DNA of 64,000 nt, from positions 7,480-71,479 of the forward strand of contig JBKPAO010000009.1 in NCBI GenBank assembly GCA_046726475.1, read 5' to 3'. The position numbers were made by a program, and so were the translations under genes. Positions 37,977-48,133 of this stretch are shown here, one piece after another. This stretch comes from Gemmatimonadota bacterium (lineage in GTDB: Bacteria; Gemmatimonadota; Gemmatimonadetes; Gemmatimonadales; GWC2-71-9). Each line of letters begins with the position of its first letter. The stretch's first letter is position 1. Under the pieces are notes generated by a model, which made no database searches, was not told where the DNA came from, and saw only the letters and a list, made by a program, of their open reading frames with translations.

Positions 37977-40778
37977 CTAGCCCGTGGCTCCAAATCCCGC
38001 CGCAATGGTATTGATCGACAGCAATAGCGCGGACAGCTGCTCCTCCTGGCTCTTGTCACTGCCCGATTCGCGAAACCGGCGGAGCAGCTCGATCTGTTGG
38101 CGGCTGACCTGATTGATGGTTGGCAGTCGACGGGCCAGTCTCCGGCGGAATCGAGGGTAGCGTTCGACCAGCTCGCCGCCCCCGCTGATGCGGAGCACCG
38201 CCTCGACCGTGCGGTGATACTCCTCCACCACCAGCGCTAAAATCGAGGTTCTGGCAGCAGCATTGGGCACCAGCTCGGCGTACTCGCGCGCAATGCCCAG
38301 ATCGACGTAGCTCAGCGTCTTCTCCACCTCATCCACGATCAGCCTAAACAGCCGGGACTCGGTGAACATCCGGTCGAGCAGGGCCGCGCCCCGTTGGCCG
38401 CGAACCTCCAGGAACGTCAGGATGCCGCTGCCAACGCCGTACCAGCCAGGGACGAAGTGGCGATTCTGAGACCAGGCAAACACCCAGGGAATCGCCCGGA
38501 GGTCGCTGAGCGACCGTGCACCGAAGCGCCGGGCCGGACGGGAGCCGAGGTTCAGCAGCGAGATCTCTTCCAGCGGGCTCGCGGCCTGATAATACGGCAG
38601 CAGGTCGGGGTGATCGATCAACTGCCGATACGACGCCTGCGCAGCACCGGAAAGAGCCTCCATCGCCTCGTCGAATTCGGCGGTCGGCACCAGCGCCTTT
38701 TCCCGTTCCGACTTGAGGGTATGCTCGACCACGCTCGCCGCGAGCAGCTCGAGCTGATACTGCGCCGTTCCCCGATTGGCGTACTTGAACGAAACGACCT
38801 CGCCCTGCTCCGTGATTCGCATGCGACCCTGGATCGAGCCGGCAGGCTGCGCGGCAATCGCACGGCCGGTTGGGGCGCCTCCCCGGCTCACCGAGCCGCC
38901 GCGGCCGTGGAAAAACGCAATGGGCACGCCGGCTTCCTTTCCCACCCTGGTCAGCTTGATCTGCGCCTTGCTGAGCTCCCAGTTTGAAGTAAGAAATCCG
39001 CCGTCCTTGTTGGAGTCAGAGTAGCCGATCATCACCTCCTGCACTCCACCCTGACTCCGGACGCTGCGGCGCACCAGCGGCACCGCCAGAAGCTCGCGCA
39101 TGATCGCCGGCGCGCGCTGGAGATCTTCGATAGTCTCGAACAGGGGAACGATGGGAAGGGTGCAGCTCTCGACCCCGGCAGTGTCAGCAAACAGACCGGC
39201 GTTCTTGGCGAGGAGGTAGGCGCCCAGCACATCGCTCGTGCTCCGAGTCATGCTGAGAATGAAGCTGCCGAACGCCTCGCGATCGATCTCTTCTCTGAGA
39301 CCGCGAACCAACTCGAACATTCCCTGCGTTTCCGCCGAGTCGTCCGGTAACTTCGGTCGGTCTTCCCCAGGAGTGAGCGGGCGCGCCAGCTCGGCCGCAA
39401 GCCACTGCCGCCACTTCTCGGAGGTCTGATCCGGAGCCTCACGCGTGGTCTCGCTGTCCGCCTGCCCGCCCGTCCGCCCGTCCACTTGCCTCCAGAGATC
39501 CGCCAGCGCGGCGTTGAGTTTGGTGGTGTTCTCCCGGAGATCGAGCCGTACGGTGCTGAATCGGAATGCTTCCACTTCCCGGCGCACCGGCCGCACCAGC
39601 ATCGCTCCGATCGAGGTACTTCCTGCCGCGCTCAGCTGCTCCTCGATGAGACGGAGATCGCTGGCCAGGGCATCAGGGGATTGATATCCTGCCGGGCCCA
39701 CCGCGACCTGACCCCGTTCCGCCGAAGCGATCATGGTATCCACCCGGCCGATCATGCAGGCGAGGAACTGGCGAAATACCTCGCCCGGATTCCGCGCCGC
39801 GATCCCCTCGCCGTCGCCACTGGCCTCGAGCTCCCGGGTAAGTGCGGCACGAAACGCCTCCGATACCGGGATCGCTCGCTCGGTGATGCTGAGCGCGCGG
39901 ACCAGCTCCGCCAGGCGCCTGCGATAACGGCGGAGTGCTGACAGACGGTTTTCCAGCAGTGTGCTTCGCGTGACCTCGTTGGTAACGAACGGGTTCCCAT
40001 CGCGGTCGCCGCCAACCCACGAGCCGAACTGCAGGAAGGCAGGAACCTGGAAGCGCTCGCCAGGATAGAAGGAGGCTAGGGCGCGCTCCAACTTGTCGAG
40101 CAGATCGGGGACTGCCTCGAATAGAGTCTCGTTGAAGAAGTGGAGTCCCCAGAATACCTCTTGCGGTACCGTTGGCTTCGCCAGCCGGAGCTCTCCAGTA
40201 TTCCAGAGCAGCTCTATTTCGTTTCGCAATCCATCGATCAGGGACTGCCGCTCGCGCGGAGTCCATCGGGGAGACTCCAGGTCGACCAGACGGCGATAGA
40301 TCCTCCGGTGCTTCTCCAACACCGTCACACGCTTGGCCTCGGTGGGATGGGCGGTGATCACCGGTCGGACCCGCAGGACTTCTAGCAAGGATCGGATCTC
40401 GTCGGCCGGTACCTTCGAGGCAGCCGCACCGGAGATGACGTTCGCGAATGTTCCGCGAAGTTGCTCGTGCCCTCGCTCCGCCTCGATCTGTCGGCGGCGA
40501 CGCATCGCCGCATTCTGTTCGGCGATGCTGAGCAGTTGGAACCAGAGCCCCTGCACCTGAAGAGTGCGGGCCAGCACTTCCGGACTGAGCTCCGACACCG
40601 ATCGCTCACCCCGCAGGACCTCGGCGACCTCAGGCTGTCGATCCCGGACCAGCCCGAGCAGGAGCGACGACAGCAGCTCAACGACTTCATTGGCGTAGGC
40701 GGCCGCGCTGGCGGCGGCCGGGTCGGCGGACTCCGGGAGGGAAACCGGGGAGAAAGGTTCGAGCAGGGTCTGGGTCAC
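37977..40778 (-). CDS. ppc: Phosphoenolpyruvate carboxylase
   Basis: VITAHPTE, GGDRDGNP, MIGYSDSNKDGG, FHGRGGSVSRGG, LRAIPWVF. Confidence 0.98.
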   Translation of the reverse strand: MTQTLLEPFSPVSLPESADPAAASAAAYANEVVELLSSLLLGLVRDRQPEVAEVLRGERSVSELSPEVLARTLQVQGLWFQLLSIAEQNAAMRRRRQIEAERGHEQLRGTFANVISGAAASKVPADEIRSLLEVLRVRPVITAHPTEAKRVTVLEKHRRIYRRLVDLESPRWTPRERQSLIDGLRNEIELLWNTGELRLAKPTVPQEVFWGLHFFNETLFEAVPDLLDKLERALASFYPGERFQVPAFLQFGSWVGGDRDGNPFVTNEVTRSTLLENRLSALRRYRRRLAELVRALSITERAIPVSEAFRAALTRELEASGDGEGIAARNPGEVFRQFLACMIGRVDTMIASAERGQVAVGPAGYQSPDALASDLRLIEEQLSAAGSTSIGAMLVRPVRREVEAFRFSTVRLDLRENTTKLNAALADLWRQVDGRTGGQADSETTREAPDQTSEKWRQWLAAELARPLTPGEDRPKLPDDSAETQGMFELVRGLREEIDREAFGSFILSMTRSTSDVLGAYLLAKNAGLFADTAGVESCTLPIVPLFETIEDLQRAPAIMRELLAVPLVRRSVRSQGGVQEVMIGYSDSNKDGGFLTSNWELSKAQIKLTRVGKEAGVPIAFFHGRGGSVSRGGAPTGRAIAAQPAGSIQGRMRITEQGEVVSFKYANRGTAQYQLELLAASVVEHTLKSEREKALVPTAEFDEAMEALSGAAQASYRQLIDHPDLLPYYQAASPLEEISLLNLGSRPARRFGARSLSDLRAIPWVFAWSQNRHFVPGWYGVGSGILTFLEVRGQRGAALLDRMFTESRLFRLIVDEVEKTLSYVDLGIAREYAELVPNAAARTSILALVVEEYHRTVEAVLRISGGGELVERYPRFRRRLARRLPTINQVSRQQIELLRRFRESGSDKSQEEQLSALLLSINTIAAGFGATG

Positions 40779-41749
40779 ACGACGCGGTCGCGGAGCGGAG
40801 CGCCGCTGAAGAACAGTCGCAGATTCTCGACTGCTCGCCGTCCCATGGCGATGCGGGTCTCGTGAGTCGCGCTTCCGAGATGGGGGAAGAGCACCACGTT
40901 TTCCATGGTGAGCAGCTCCGGGGTGATCTCCGGCTCCCGCTCGTAAACGTCGAGGCCGGCGCCGGCGATCGTGCCGTCCCCAAGCGCTTCCACCAGGGCT
41001 GCCTCATCCACGATGTCGCCGCGTGCGGTGTTGACGAGGAACGCGTTCCGGCGCATTCGAGCCAACCGCTCCCGATTCATCAAGTGCCGGGTCTCCGGGC
41101 TCGCGGGACAGTGGAGGGAAACGAAGTCCGACTCCTCCAGCACCTGCTCCAGCGCATCTCGCGGCTCCGCTCCCAGCGCAGCCGCTTCTCCGGGCGAGGG
41201 GGGATAGGGGTCGTGGAAGATCACCCGCATTCCGAAACCGTGATGCGCGCGTTTCGCGACCGCACGGGCGATCCGCCCCATTCCAACCAGGCCAAGCGTC
41301 TTGCCACTTACCTGAGTGCCCAGCATATGCGTCGGGCGCCACCCAGTCCAGGCACCGCAGCGGACATGGCGCTCGCCTTCGCCGGCTCGGCGACTGACCA
41401 TGAGTAGCAGCGTCATCGCGATGTCGGCCGTGGCCTCGGTGAGAACATCGGGTGTGTTCGATACGGCCACCCCCCGAGCCTTGGCCGCATCGGTGTCGAT
41501 GTGATTGAAGCCGACGCCGAAGTTCGCGAGCAGGCGGGCACGGAGTGGCTCCGCGCTGAGAACCTCGGCGCTGATCCGATCGGTCACGGTGCAGAGCAGC
41601 GCGTCGGCGTCGCGGAGTGCTTCCTGGAGACCGGCGGCTCCGAGCGGACGATCGTCGCGATTGAGTCGGGCGTCGAAATCTCGGCTGAGCTCCTCCTCGA
41701 CGACTCCGGGAAGGCGCCGGGTAACTACCACGGTGGGACGCGCCATCAC
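40775..41749 (-). CDS. hprA: Hydroxypyruvate/glyoxylate reductase (D-glycerate dehydrogenase)
   Basis: NTPDVLT, GMGRIA, VNTARG, DVYEREP, HLGSAT; serine-cycle context. Confidence 0.8.
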   Translation of the reverse strand: MMARPTVVVTRRLPGVVEEELSRDFDARLNRDDRPLGAAGLQEALRDADALLCTVTDRISAEVLSAEPLRARLLANFGVGFNHIDTDAAKARGVAVSNTPDVLTEATADIAMTLLLMVSRRAGEGERHVRCGAWTGWRPTHMLGTQVSGKTLGLVGMGRIARAVAKRAHHGFGMRVIFHDPYPPSPGEAAALGAEPRDALEQVLEESDFVSLHCPASPETRHLMNRERLARMRRNAFLVNTARGDIVDEAALVEALGDGTIAGAGLDVYEREPEITPELLTMENVVLFPHLGSATHETRIAMGRRAVENLRLFFSGAPLRDRVV

Positions 41750-42660
41750 TTCACGCCGACCTTCTTCCGCGACGAGCGCTTGGAGAGGGCCGCCGCGATC
41801 GTCGAACCGAGCTCGGCCGGGCTGGGAGCCACGGTGAGACCGGCGGAACGCATGATCTCGGCCTTCTCCGCCGCGGTGTCACCAAAGGCGGAAATGATGG
41901 CACCGGCGTGCCCCATCCGCCGTCCCTTCGGGGCGGTGAGCCCCGCGACATATCCGATCACCGGTTTACTCATGTTTTTCTTAACGAACAGCGCGGCTTC
42001 GGCCTCCTGGGGACCGCCGATCTCGCCGATCATCATGACCGCCTCGGTCTCAGGATCCTCCTCGAACAGCTTCAGCATATCCACGAACGAGCTGCCGTTG
42101 ATGGGATCGCCGCCGATCCCGACGCTGGTAGTCTGTCCGATGCCGAGCGCGTTCATCTGAGCCGCGGCCTCGTATCCGAGCGTCCCCGACCGCGTGACCA
42201 ACCCGACGTGCCCCCTGGAATAGATGTGGCCAGGCATGATCCCCAGCATGGCCCGGCCGGCGCTGATGATGCCGGCGCAGTTGGGACCGATTAATGTGGT
42301 CCGCCGCTCCTTGGGAAAGCGGAACAGGTACCGCTTCACCATCATCATATCCTGCGCTGGAATTCCGTCGGTGATGGTGCAGATGAGACGAATTCCGGCG
42401 TTGGCGGCCTCCATGATGGAATCGGCGCAGAACGCCGCTGGGACAAAGATGATGCTGGCAGTGGCCCCCGTTGCCTTCACTGCCTCCCGGACGGTGTTGA
42501 ATACCGGGCGATCCAGGTGCCGGGTTCCTCCTTTGCCAGGGGTCACGCCACCGACGACGTTGGTGCCGTAGGCGATCATCTCCTTGGCGTGGAACGTAGC
42601 TTTGTCCCCGGTGAACCCCTGTACTACGACGCGGGTGGTTTCATCGACGAGAATGCTCAT
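41746..42660 (-). CDS. mtkB: Malate--CoA ligase alpha subunit (SucD-like)
   Basis: [22 protein letters not shown] phospho-His; follows mtkA. Confidence 0.85.
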   Translation of the reverse strand: MSILVDETTRVVVQGFTGDKATFHAKEMIAYGTNVVGGVTPGKGGTRHLDRPVFNTVREAVKATGATASIIFVPAAFCADSIMEAANAGIRLICTITDGIPAQDMMMVKRYLFRFPKERRTTLIGPNCAGIISAGRAMLGIMPGHIYSRGHVGLVTRSGTLGYEAAAQMNALGIGQTTSVGIGGDPINGSSFVDMLKLFEEDPETEAVMMIGEIGGPQEAEAALFVKKNMSKPVIGYVAGLTAPKGRRMGHAGAIISAFGDTAAEKAEIMRSAGLTVAPSPAELGSTIAAALSKRSSRKKVGVK

Positions 42661-43889
42661 GGCTGTCCATTACCTCCGGCGACGCCAGGCGAAGAACGCT
42701 TTGCGGCGGGTGAACGGGTGGCACGGTAGGTGTTGAGCGCTTTGACAACCCGCTCCGCTGCCTCGGAGAGCGTATCTGCCGTGATGATCGGGAGACCGCT
42801 GTCCTTGAGAATCTTTCTTCCCTCTTGGAAGTTGGTCCCCGCCAGGCGCACCACCAGGGGGATCTCGAGTTGGGTCTCTCGCGCCGCCTGTACCACGCCC
42901 TGAGCGACCCAATCGCAACGGTTGATGCCGGCAAAGATGTTGACCAAAATCGCGCTGATCTTCGGATCGGAGAGCACCAACCGAAAGGCAGCAGCGACTC
43001 GGTCGGGCGAGGCGCCCCCGCCAACGTCGAGGAAGTTTGCCGGATGACCGCCCGCGTGCTTGATCATGTCCATCGTCGCCATCGCCAGACCGGCCCCGTT
43101 GATGATGCAGCCGATGTCTCCCTCGAGGGCGACATAGTTGAGGCCATACTCCGCGGCCTGCGCCTCCCGGGGATCTTCCTCAGCGTAGTCCCGCAGCTCG
43201 CTGACGTTGGGACGACGGAACATCGCGTTGTCATCGAAGGTCATCTTACAGTCGAGGGCTAGTACCTGTCCGTCGCCGGTCACCACCAGCGGATTGATCT
43301 CGACCATGGTCGCGTCGAGATCACGAAAGGCACGATAGGCGCCGAGGAGGGTGGTGACCGCACGACTCACCTGGGCCGGCGCCAGTCCCAGCCCGAAGGC
43401 GATCTCCCGTGCCTGAAAGGCAGACATGCCGATCGCCGGCTCGACCACTTCGCGGAGAATCGACTCGGGCGCGCTCTGAGCGATCTCCTCAATCTCGATT
43501 CCTCCCTGAGGGTGGGCCACAATTATGATCCGCTCGGTCTTGCGGTCCAGCACGAGCCCGACGTAGAGCTCCCGCTCAATTGGAACCGCAGCCTCGATGT
43601 AAAGCCGGTGCACCACCCTTCCCTCCGGACCGGTTTGATGGGTGACCAGCTTTCGGCCGAGCAGGCCCTTCGCCGCCTGGCGAACTTCATCTTCGCTGGA
43701 GCAGAGCTTGATCCCACCGGCTTTGCCGCGAGCTCCGGAGTGGATCTGAGCCTTCACGGCCCAGCGCGCCCCGCCGATCTCCGAGGCGCGGTAAACCGCC
43801 TGCTCGGGACTGTAGGCCACGCCACCGCGCGGGATGGCAACGCCGAAGCCGGCGAGAAGCTCTTTGGCTTGGTATTCGTGGATGTCCAT
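42657..43889 (-). CDS. mtkA: Malate--CoA ligase beta subunit
   Basis: [41 protein letters not shown] are MtkA-type rather than SucC-type (GGRGKAGG, NIFGGI). Confidence 0.88.
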   Translation of the reverse strand: MDIHEYQAKELLAGFGVAIPRGGVAYSPEQAVYRASEIGGARWAVKAQIHSGARGKAGGIKLCSSEDEVRQAAKGLLGRKLVTHQTGPEGRVVHRLYIEAAVPIERELYVGLVLDRKTERIIIVAHPQGGIEIEEIAQSAPESILREVVEPAIGMSAFQAREIAFGLGLAPAQVSRAVTTLLGAYRAFRDLDATMVEINPLVVTGDGQVLALDCKMTFDDNAMFRRPNVSELRDYAEEDPREAQAAEYGLNYVALEGDIGCIINGAGLAMATMDMIKHAGGHPANFLDVGGGASPDRVAAAFRLVLSDPKISAILVNIFAGINRCDWVAQGVVQAARETQLEIPLVVRLAGTNFQEGRKILKDSGLPIITADTLSEAAERVVKALNTYRATRSPAAKRSSPGVAGGNGQP

Positions 43890-43968
43890 GGTTCGTTCCG
43901 GAAAGCGGAGATTGTCGCTCCAGGAGGTCTAGAGTCGAAAGTCTAGTCAAGACTTTACGGAGATCGAG

Positions 43969-44946
43969 CTAGTGTACACCCACCTTTGACTCTTGACCCT
44001 TGACTCTCGACATTTTTCCAATCGCCTCATCCATATCCACCACGTTCTGCGCCATCCGCGCCGAGGCGGCATCGATCATGCGCCCATCGAGCTGCGCAGC
44101 GCCACGACCCTCCCGAGCTGCTTGCTCCAGCGCCTCGAGAATCCGCCGAGCCCGCTCGACTTCACGCGCCGGAGGAGTGAACACCTCGTTGGCGAGGGCG
44201 ATTTGTGATGGGTGGATCGCCCATTTCCCTTCGATGCCGAGCGCCGCCCCCCGCCGCGCAGCAGCGGTGTATCCGTCGGGATCTTTAAAGTCGCCGAAGG
44301 GACCGTCGATCGGCCGCAGACCGTAGGCCCGGCACGCAACGACCATGCGGGACAATGCGGCGTGCCACTGATCACCTGGATAATCGGGATTGAGACCGCC
44401 GATGTTCACCGTGCGTGCCCGACAGCTCGCGGCGTAATCCGCCACTCCGAAGTGCATGGCCTCGAGGCGGCGGCTGGATTGGGCAATCGCCTCCACGTTG
44501 GCCATTCCCAGAGCAGTCTCGATCAGTACATCGATTCCGATCCGGTGCGGAATACCACGGGCTTCTTCAATCTGGGTCAGCAGCGCGTCGACTAGGTAGA
44601 CGTCTGCCGGCACTCCAACCTTGGGGATAAGCACCGTGTCGAGGCGATGGCCTGCCTGCTCCACCACGTCCACCACGTCCCGATACATATAATGAGTATC
44701 GATACCGTTGATTCGGACAGAGATGGTCTTACCGCGCTCGCGCCAATCGTGCTCCAGCAAAGCCGCGATGACATTGAGGCGAGCCTGCGGCTTGTCCGCC
44801 GGGGCAACGGCGTCCTCAAGGTCGAGGAAGATATAGTCGGCTTCTCCGTCGAGCGCCTTCCGGAACATGGGAGGCTGCGAGCCGGGCACCGCCAGCTCGC
44901 TCCGCTGCAGACGGGGGTGCGACGGCTCGTAGCGGGTGTGACTCAT
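43969..44946 (-). CDS. mcl: Malyl-CoA lyase (CitE family)
   Basis: RLQRSELAVPGS, YMYRDVVDVVEQAG, MHFGVADYAAS, GKWAIHPSQ. Confidence 0.92.
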   Translation of the reverse strand: MSHTRYEPSHPRLQRSELAVPGSQPPMFRKALDGEADYIFLDLEDAVAPADKPQARLNVIAALLEHDWRERGKTISVRINGIDTHYMYRDVVDVVEQAGHRLDTVLIPKVGVPADVYLVDALLTQIEEARGIPHRIGIDVLIETALGMANVEAIAQSSRRLEAMHFGVADYAASCRARTVNIGGLNPDYPGDQWHAALSRMVVACRAYGLRPIDGPFGDFKDPDGYTAAARRGAALGIEGKWAIHPSQIALANEVFTPPAREVERARRILEALEQAAREGRGAAQLDGRMIDAASARMAQNVVDMDEAIGKMSRVKGQESKVGVH

Positions 44947-46202
44947 CGAGCGGCGCCGGCGGTAGCCTTCCTGGATACCGTCGACTGGGACTGCGTCTCG
45001 GGAGCTCGGGGCGGGAGCTCCCGTTTCGGGAGCGCGGCCGCGGTGCTGCGCCAGTACTCCTGCGCCGCGCCGACGCCGGTTCCCAGCTCTATGTCGATCC
45101 CGACGTCTCGCATGGCCATTTCGGACCCAGCGATGGCACCCAACAGCATCAGCTCGTTGAGGTCTCCCAGGTGACCGATGCGAAAGAGCTTCCCCGCCAT
45201 GCGAGCGAGCCCTGCTCCGAGGGCGAGGTTATAGCGGCGATAGGCCACATCGATGACTTCGGCTCCGTTGTACCCCGCCGGGACCATGATGGCGGTGACG
45301 GTGTCGGAGTTCCACTTGGGGGCGCGAGCGCAGAGCTCCAGTCCCCACTCCTTCACCGCCCGGCGGGTTCCTTCGGCCAGTCGGTGGTGCCGGGCGAACA
45401 CGTTCTCCAGGCCCTCTTCGAGCAGCATGTCGATCGATTCCCTGAGACCATATAGCATGGGAAGCGACGGCGTGTAGGGGAAGTAGCCGGTCGCATTCGC
45501 CTTCCGCATGTCGCCGAAATCGAAGAAGACCCGCGGCAGCTTGGCTTGATCGTAGAGCGCGAGCGCCTTTTGGCTGGCGCAGACGATGCCGAGACCGGCG
45601 GGCAACATGAAGCCCTTCTGAGAGCCGGTGACTGCGAGATCGACTCCCCATTCGTCCATCCGGAAATCGATGCTCGCAATCGAGCTGACGCCGTCTACCA
45701 TCAGCAGCGCGGGATGCTTGGTATCATTGAGCGCTCGCCGAATCCCGGCGACATCGCTGGTGACCCCGGTGGCAGTTTCATTATGAGTGAAGAGCACTGC
45801 CTTGATCCGCTGTCCTTTGTCCCCTGCGAGCGCCTCCTGGTAGCGCTCGATGGGCGCACCCTCGCCCCACTCTACATCGATAATTTCCACTTGAAGCCCA
45901 AACCGCTGCGCCATGTCGATCCAGAGATGACTGAACATCCCGAAACGCGCGGCAAGCACCCGATCTCCCGGTGACAGCGTGTTCGAGAGGGATGCTTCCC
46001 ACGCGCCCGTCCCGCTGGCCGGGAAGATGAACGCCTGACCCGATGTGGTCTTGAAGATTTTCTTGAGATCCTCGAGCACGGGCGCGGCGAGCGCCGGGAA
46101 GTCGGAGGAACGATGATCTTCCATCGCGCGGTGCATGGCACGGAGAACCCGATCGGGCACGTTGGTAGGCCCGGGAACGAAGAGGAAATTGCGGCCTGCC
46201 AT
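44943..46202 (-). CDS. sga: Serine--glyoxylate aminotransferase
   Basis: GRNFLFVPGPTNVP, HNETATG, GSQKG PLP lysine, GYFPYTP, FRIGHLG. Confidence 0.92.
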   Translation of the reverse strand: MAGRNFLFVPGPTNVPDRVLRAMHRAMEDHRSSDFPALAAPVLEDLKKIFKTTSGQAFIFPASGTGAWEASLSNTLSPGDRVLAARFGMFSHLWIDMAQRFGLQVEIIDVEWGEGAPIERYQEALAGDKGQRIKAVLFTHNETATGVTSDVAGIRRALNDTKHPALLMVDGVSSIASIDFRMDEWGVDLAVTGSQKGFMLPAGLGIVCASQKALALYDQAKLPRVFFDFGDMRKANATGYFPYTPSLPMLYGLRESIDMLLEEGLENVFARHHRLAEGTRRAVKEWGLELCARAPKWNSDTVTAIMVPAGYNGAEVIDVAYRRYNLALGAGLARMAGKLFRIGHLGDLNELMLLGAIAGSEMAMRDVGIDIELGTGVGAAQEYWRSTAAALPKRELPPRAPETQSQSTVSRKATAGAAR

Positions 46203-46328
46203 GGGAACCTCTCGATGCGGGGTAGGACGGTACGAGTAGGATGAGCCAGGAGTCTAGAGCCCACGATTCGAGTCTAGGGGAGGGGCCCACCTGAGACTCT
46301 TACCTGCTGCGACCATACGAATAACACT

Positions 46329-46346
46329 TTGTGAACTTTTTCACAA
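46329..46346. promoter_or_regulatory. Perfect palindrome matching the Rex operator (also CRP-like)
   Basis: TTGTGAA-CTTT-TTCACAA in the divergent sga/glycerate kinase intergenic region. Confidence 0.75.
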
Positions 46347-46355
46347 GAGATTCTT

Positions 46356-47678
46356 TTGACTAACGTCCATCCGGCGGACGCTCAATCGCTACTGGCCGAT
46401 CTCTACTCTGCGGCCACAACCGCAGTTGCGCCAGGACCCGGCCTCAGAGCGCGGCTCCAGAGCCTGGGCCCCGACAATGCAGCCAACTCGATCTGGGTCA
46501 TCGCACTAGGCAAGGCAGCCGTCCCAATGGCCGACGCTGCAGTGGAGCATCTCCGAGCCTCAGGACGTCGTCTCGCGGGTGGCCTTGTCATTGGCCCCGC
46601 GGTGAAGGGATCAGAAGGCTCGCCACTCCCCTATCGACAGGGAGATCACCCCGAACCGGGGCCGGCATCGTTTGCAGCGGCGGAAGCTCTTGCCCGAGTA
46701 GTAGCCCAAATTTCTCCGGAGGCCGAGGTGTGGGTACTCCTGTCAGGGGGTACGACCAGCTTGGTAGGGGCACCGGAGTCCGGGCTGACGACGGAGGAGC
46801 TCTCCGGGATCTACGCGCTTCTCCTCGGCTCTGGTCTGGAGATCACCGCCATGAACCGAATTCGGAAGCGATTCTCCCGATGGGGAGGAGGTAAGCTCGC
46901 CCGGGCGTTGGCTCCCGCCAGGGTTAGGGTCTACATCGTATCAGACGTGATCGGGGATGACCTGGCCTCGATCGGCTCGGGCCCCTGCGTACCTGATCCA
47001 ACCACTGCCGCCGAGGTGCGTCACCTCTTGGAGAGCTCGGGGCTGTGGTCGCGGATCCCGGCATCGGCTCGCACGATCATCCACTCAGCCGAGACGGGAT
47101 CGAGCCCCGAAACGCCTAAGCCAGGAGATGAGGCGTTCGTGAACGTCAGTTCGGAGGTGATTGCGAGCAATCACCTGGCACTCGAGGCCGTCCGCAACAG
47201 AGCAGCCGAGCTGGGTATGGCCCCGTTGCTGATCGAGGTGCCCATCGTAGGCGAAGCAGCGGCAGTTGGGACTCGGATCGCTTCCGAGCTGCTGGGGAAC
47301 TGCAATCGCTCAGCCGGGCAACCGGCGGCACGCTGCTTCATCTGGGGTGGTGAGACCACGGTGACATTGGGTGATGGATCGGCTGGGCTGGGTGGCCGGT
47401 GTCAGGAGCTGGCTCTCGCGGCAGCACGGGTTTTTAACCAGGCCGGTGAGTCGCTCGCGTTGCTGGCCGCCGGCACGGATGGACGAGACGGACCTACCGA
47501 CGCCGCAGGAGCAATCGTAGACGCGGGCACATGGAGCGCCATCGCACGGGGAGGACGGGATCCCGCCAGCGACCTAGCCTACCATAACGCGTACTACGCA
47601 CTTGATGCGGCCGGTGCGCTGCTGCGGCCAGGACTCACCGGGACCAACGTCATGGATGTGGTGATAGGGATCTGTTAG
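46356..47678 (+). CDS. gck: Glycerate 2-kinase (MOFRL/TtuD family)
   Basis: GKAAVPMA, LLSGG, SDVIGD, IGSGP, GGETTV, GTDGRDG, TGTNVMD. Confidence 0.92.
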   Translation: MTNVHPADAQSLLADLYSAATTAVAPGPGLRARLQSLGPDNAANSIWVIALGKAAVPMADAAVEHLRASGRRLAGGLVIGPAVKGSEGSPLPYRQGDHPEPGPASFAAAEALARVVAQISPEAEVWVLLSGGTTSLVGAPESGLTTEELSGIYALLLGSGLEITAMNRIRKRFSRWGGGKLARALAPARVRVYIVSDVIGDDLASIGSGPCVPDPTTAAEVRHLLESSGLWSRIPASARTIIHSAETGSSPETPKPGDEAFVNVSSEVIASNHLALEAVRNRAAELGMAPLLIEVPIVGEAAAVGTRIASELLGNCNRSAGQPAARCFIWGGETTVTLGDGSAGLGGRCQELALAAARVFNQAGESLALLAAGTDGRDGPTDAAGAIVDAGTWSAIARGGRDPASDLAYHNAYYALDAAGALLRPGLTGTNVMDVVIGIC

Positions 47679-48133
47679 GGGTGCAGTGCCAGCTTAGGTC
47701 GGAAGTCATCTCCCAAAATCACGCTGACATCTACCCGTCGCAGCGTGTCGATGTCGATTCTTATCCTTCCTCCCCCCAACGCCGCCGACACATAACGTGC
47801 TCGGCCGGGGTCTCCTCGACGGACCAGCACCTGGGTAAGCGCCGAGAGTGAGTCCGCGTTGCCGAGGAAGACTACATCGAGGCCATGTCCCCGTAGCAGC
47901 CGCGTGGCGGCGCGCGCGGCACCCTGGCGCCGGGTGCCGTTGAGCACTTCCACCATGATCCGCTCGCTAGGCCGGGCAGGAGCGGCAGTGGCGGCGGCTG
48001 ACGGCTCAGGCTGACTGTGCCGAAACAGAAGAGCTCCCGTAGCAGCCATCAAAATCGCCGCGGCTAGCGCGATGCCGCGCCAGTGGCGACGAGACTGTTC
48101 CAGAATCTCACGGTAGGCTCGAGTATGGGCCAT
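47675..48133 (-). CDS. LytR C-terminal domain protein
   Basis: TM then VEVLNGT...G.A and DVSVILGDDF; start uncertain. Confidence 0.8.
   Translation of the reverse strand: MAHTRAYREILEQSRRHWRGIALAAAILMAATGALLFRHSQPEPSAAATAAPARPSERIMVEVLNGTRRQGAARAATRLLRGHGLDVVFLGNADSLSALTQVLVRRGDPGRARYVSAALGGGRIRIDIDTLRRVDVSVILGDDFRPKLALHP

Noticed and set aside
41746-43889. TCA-cycle succinyl-CoA synthetase sucCD
   Set aside because: MtkA-type motifs and the position between mcl and hpr/ppc favour malate thiokinase; a tree is still needed
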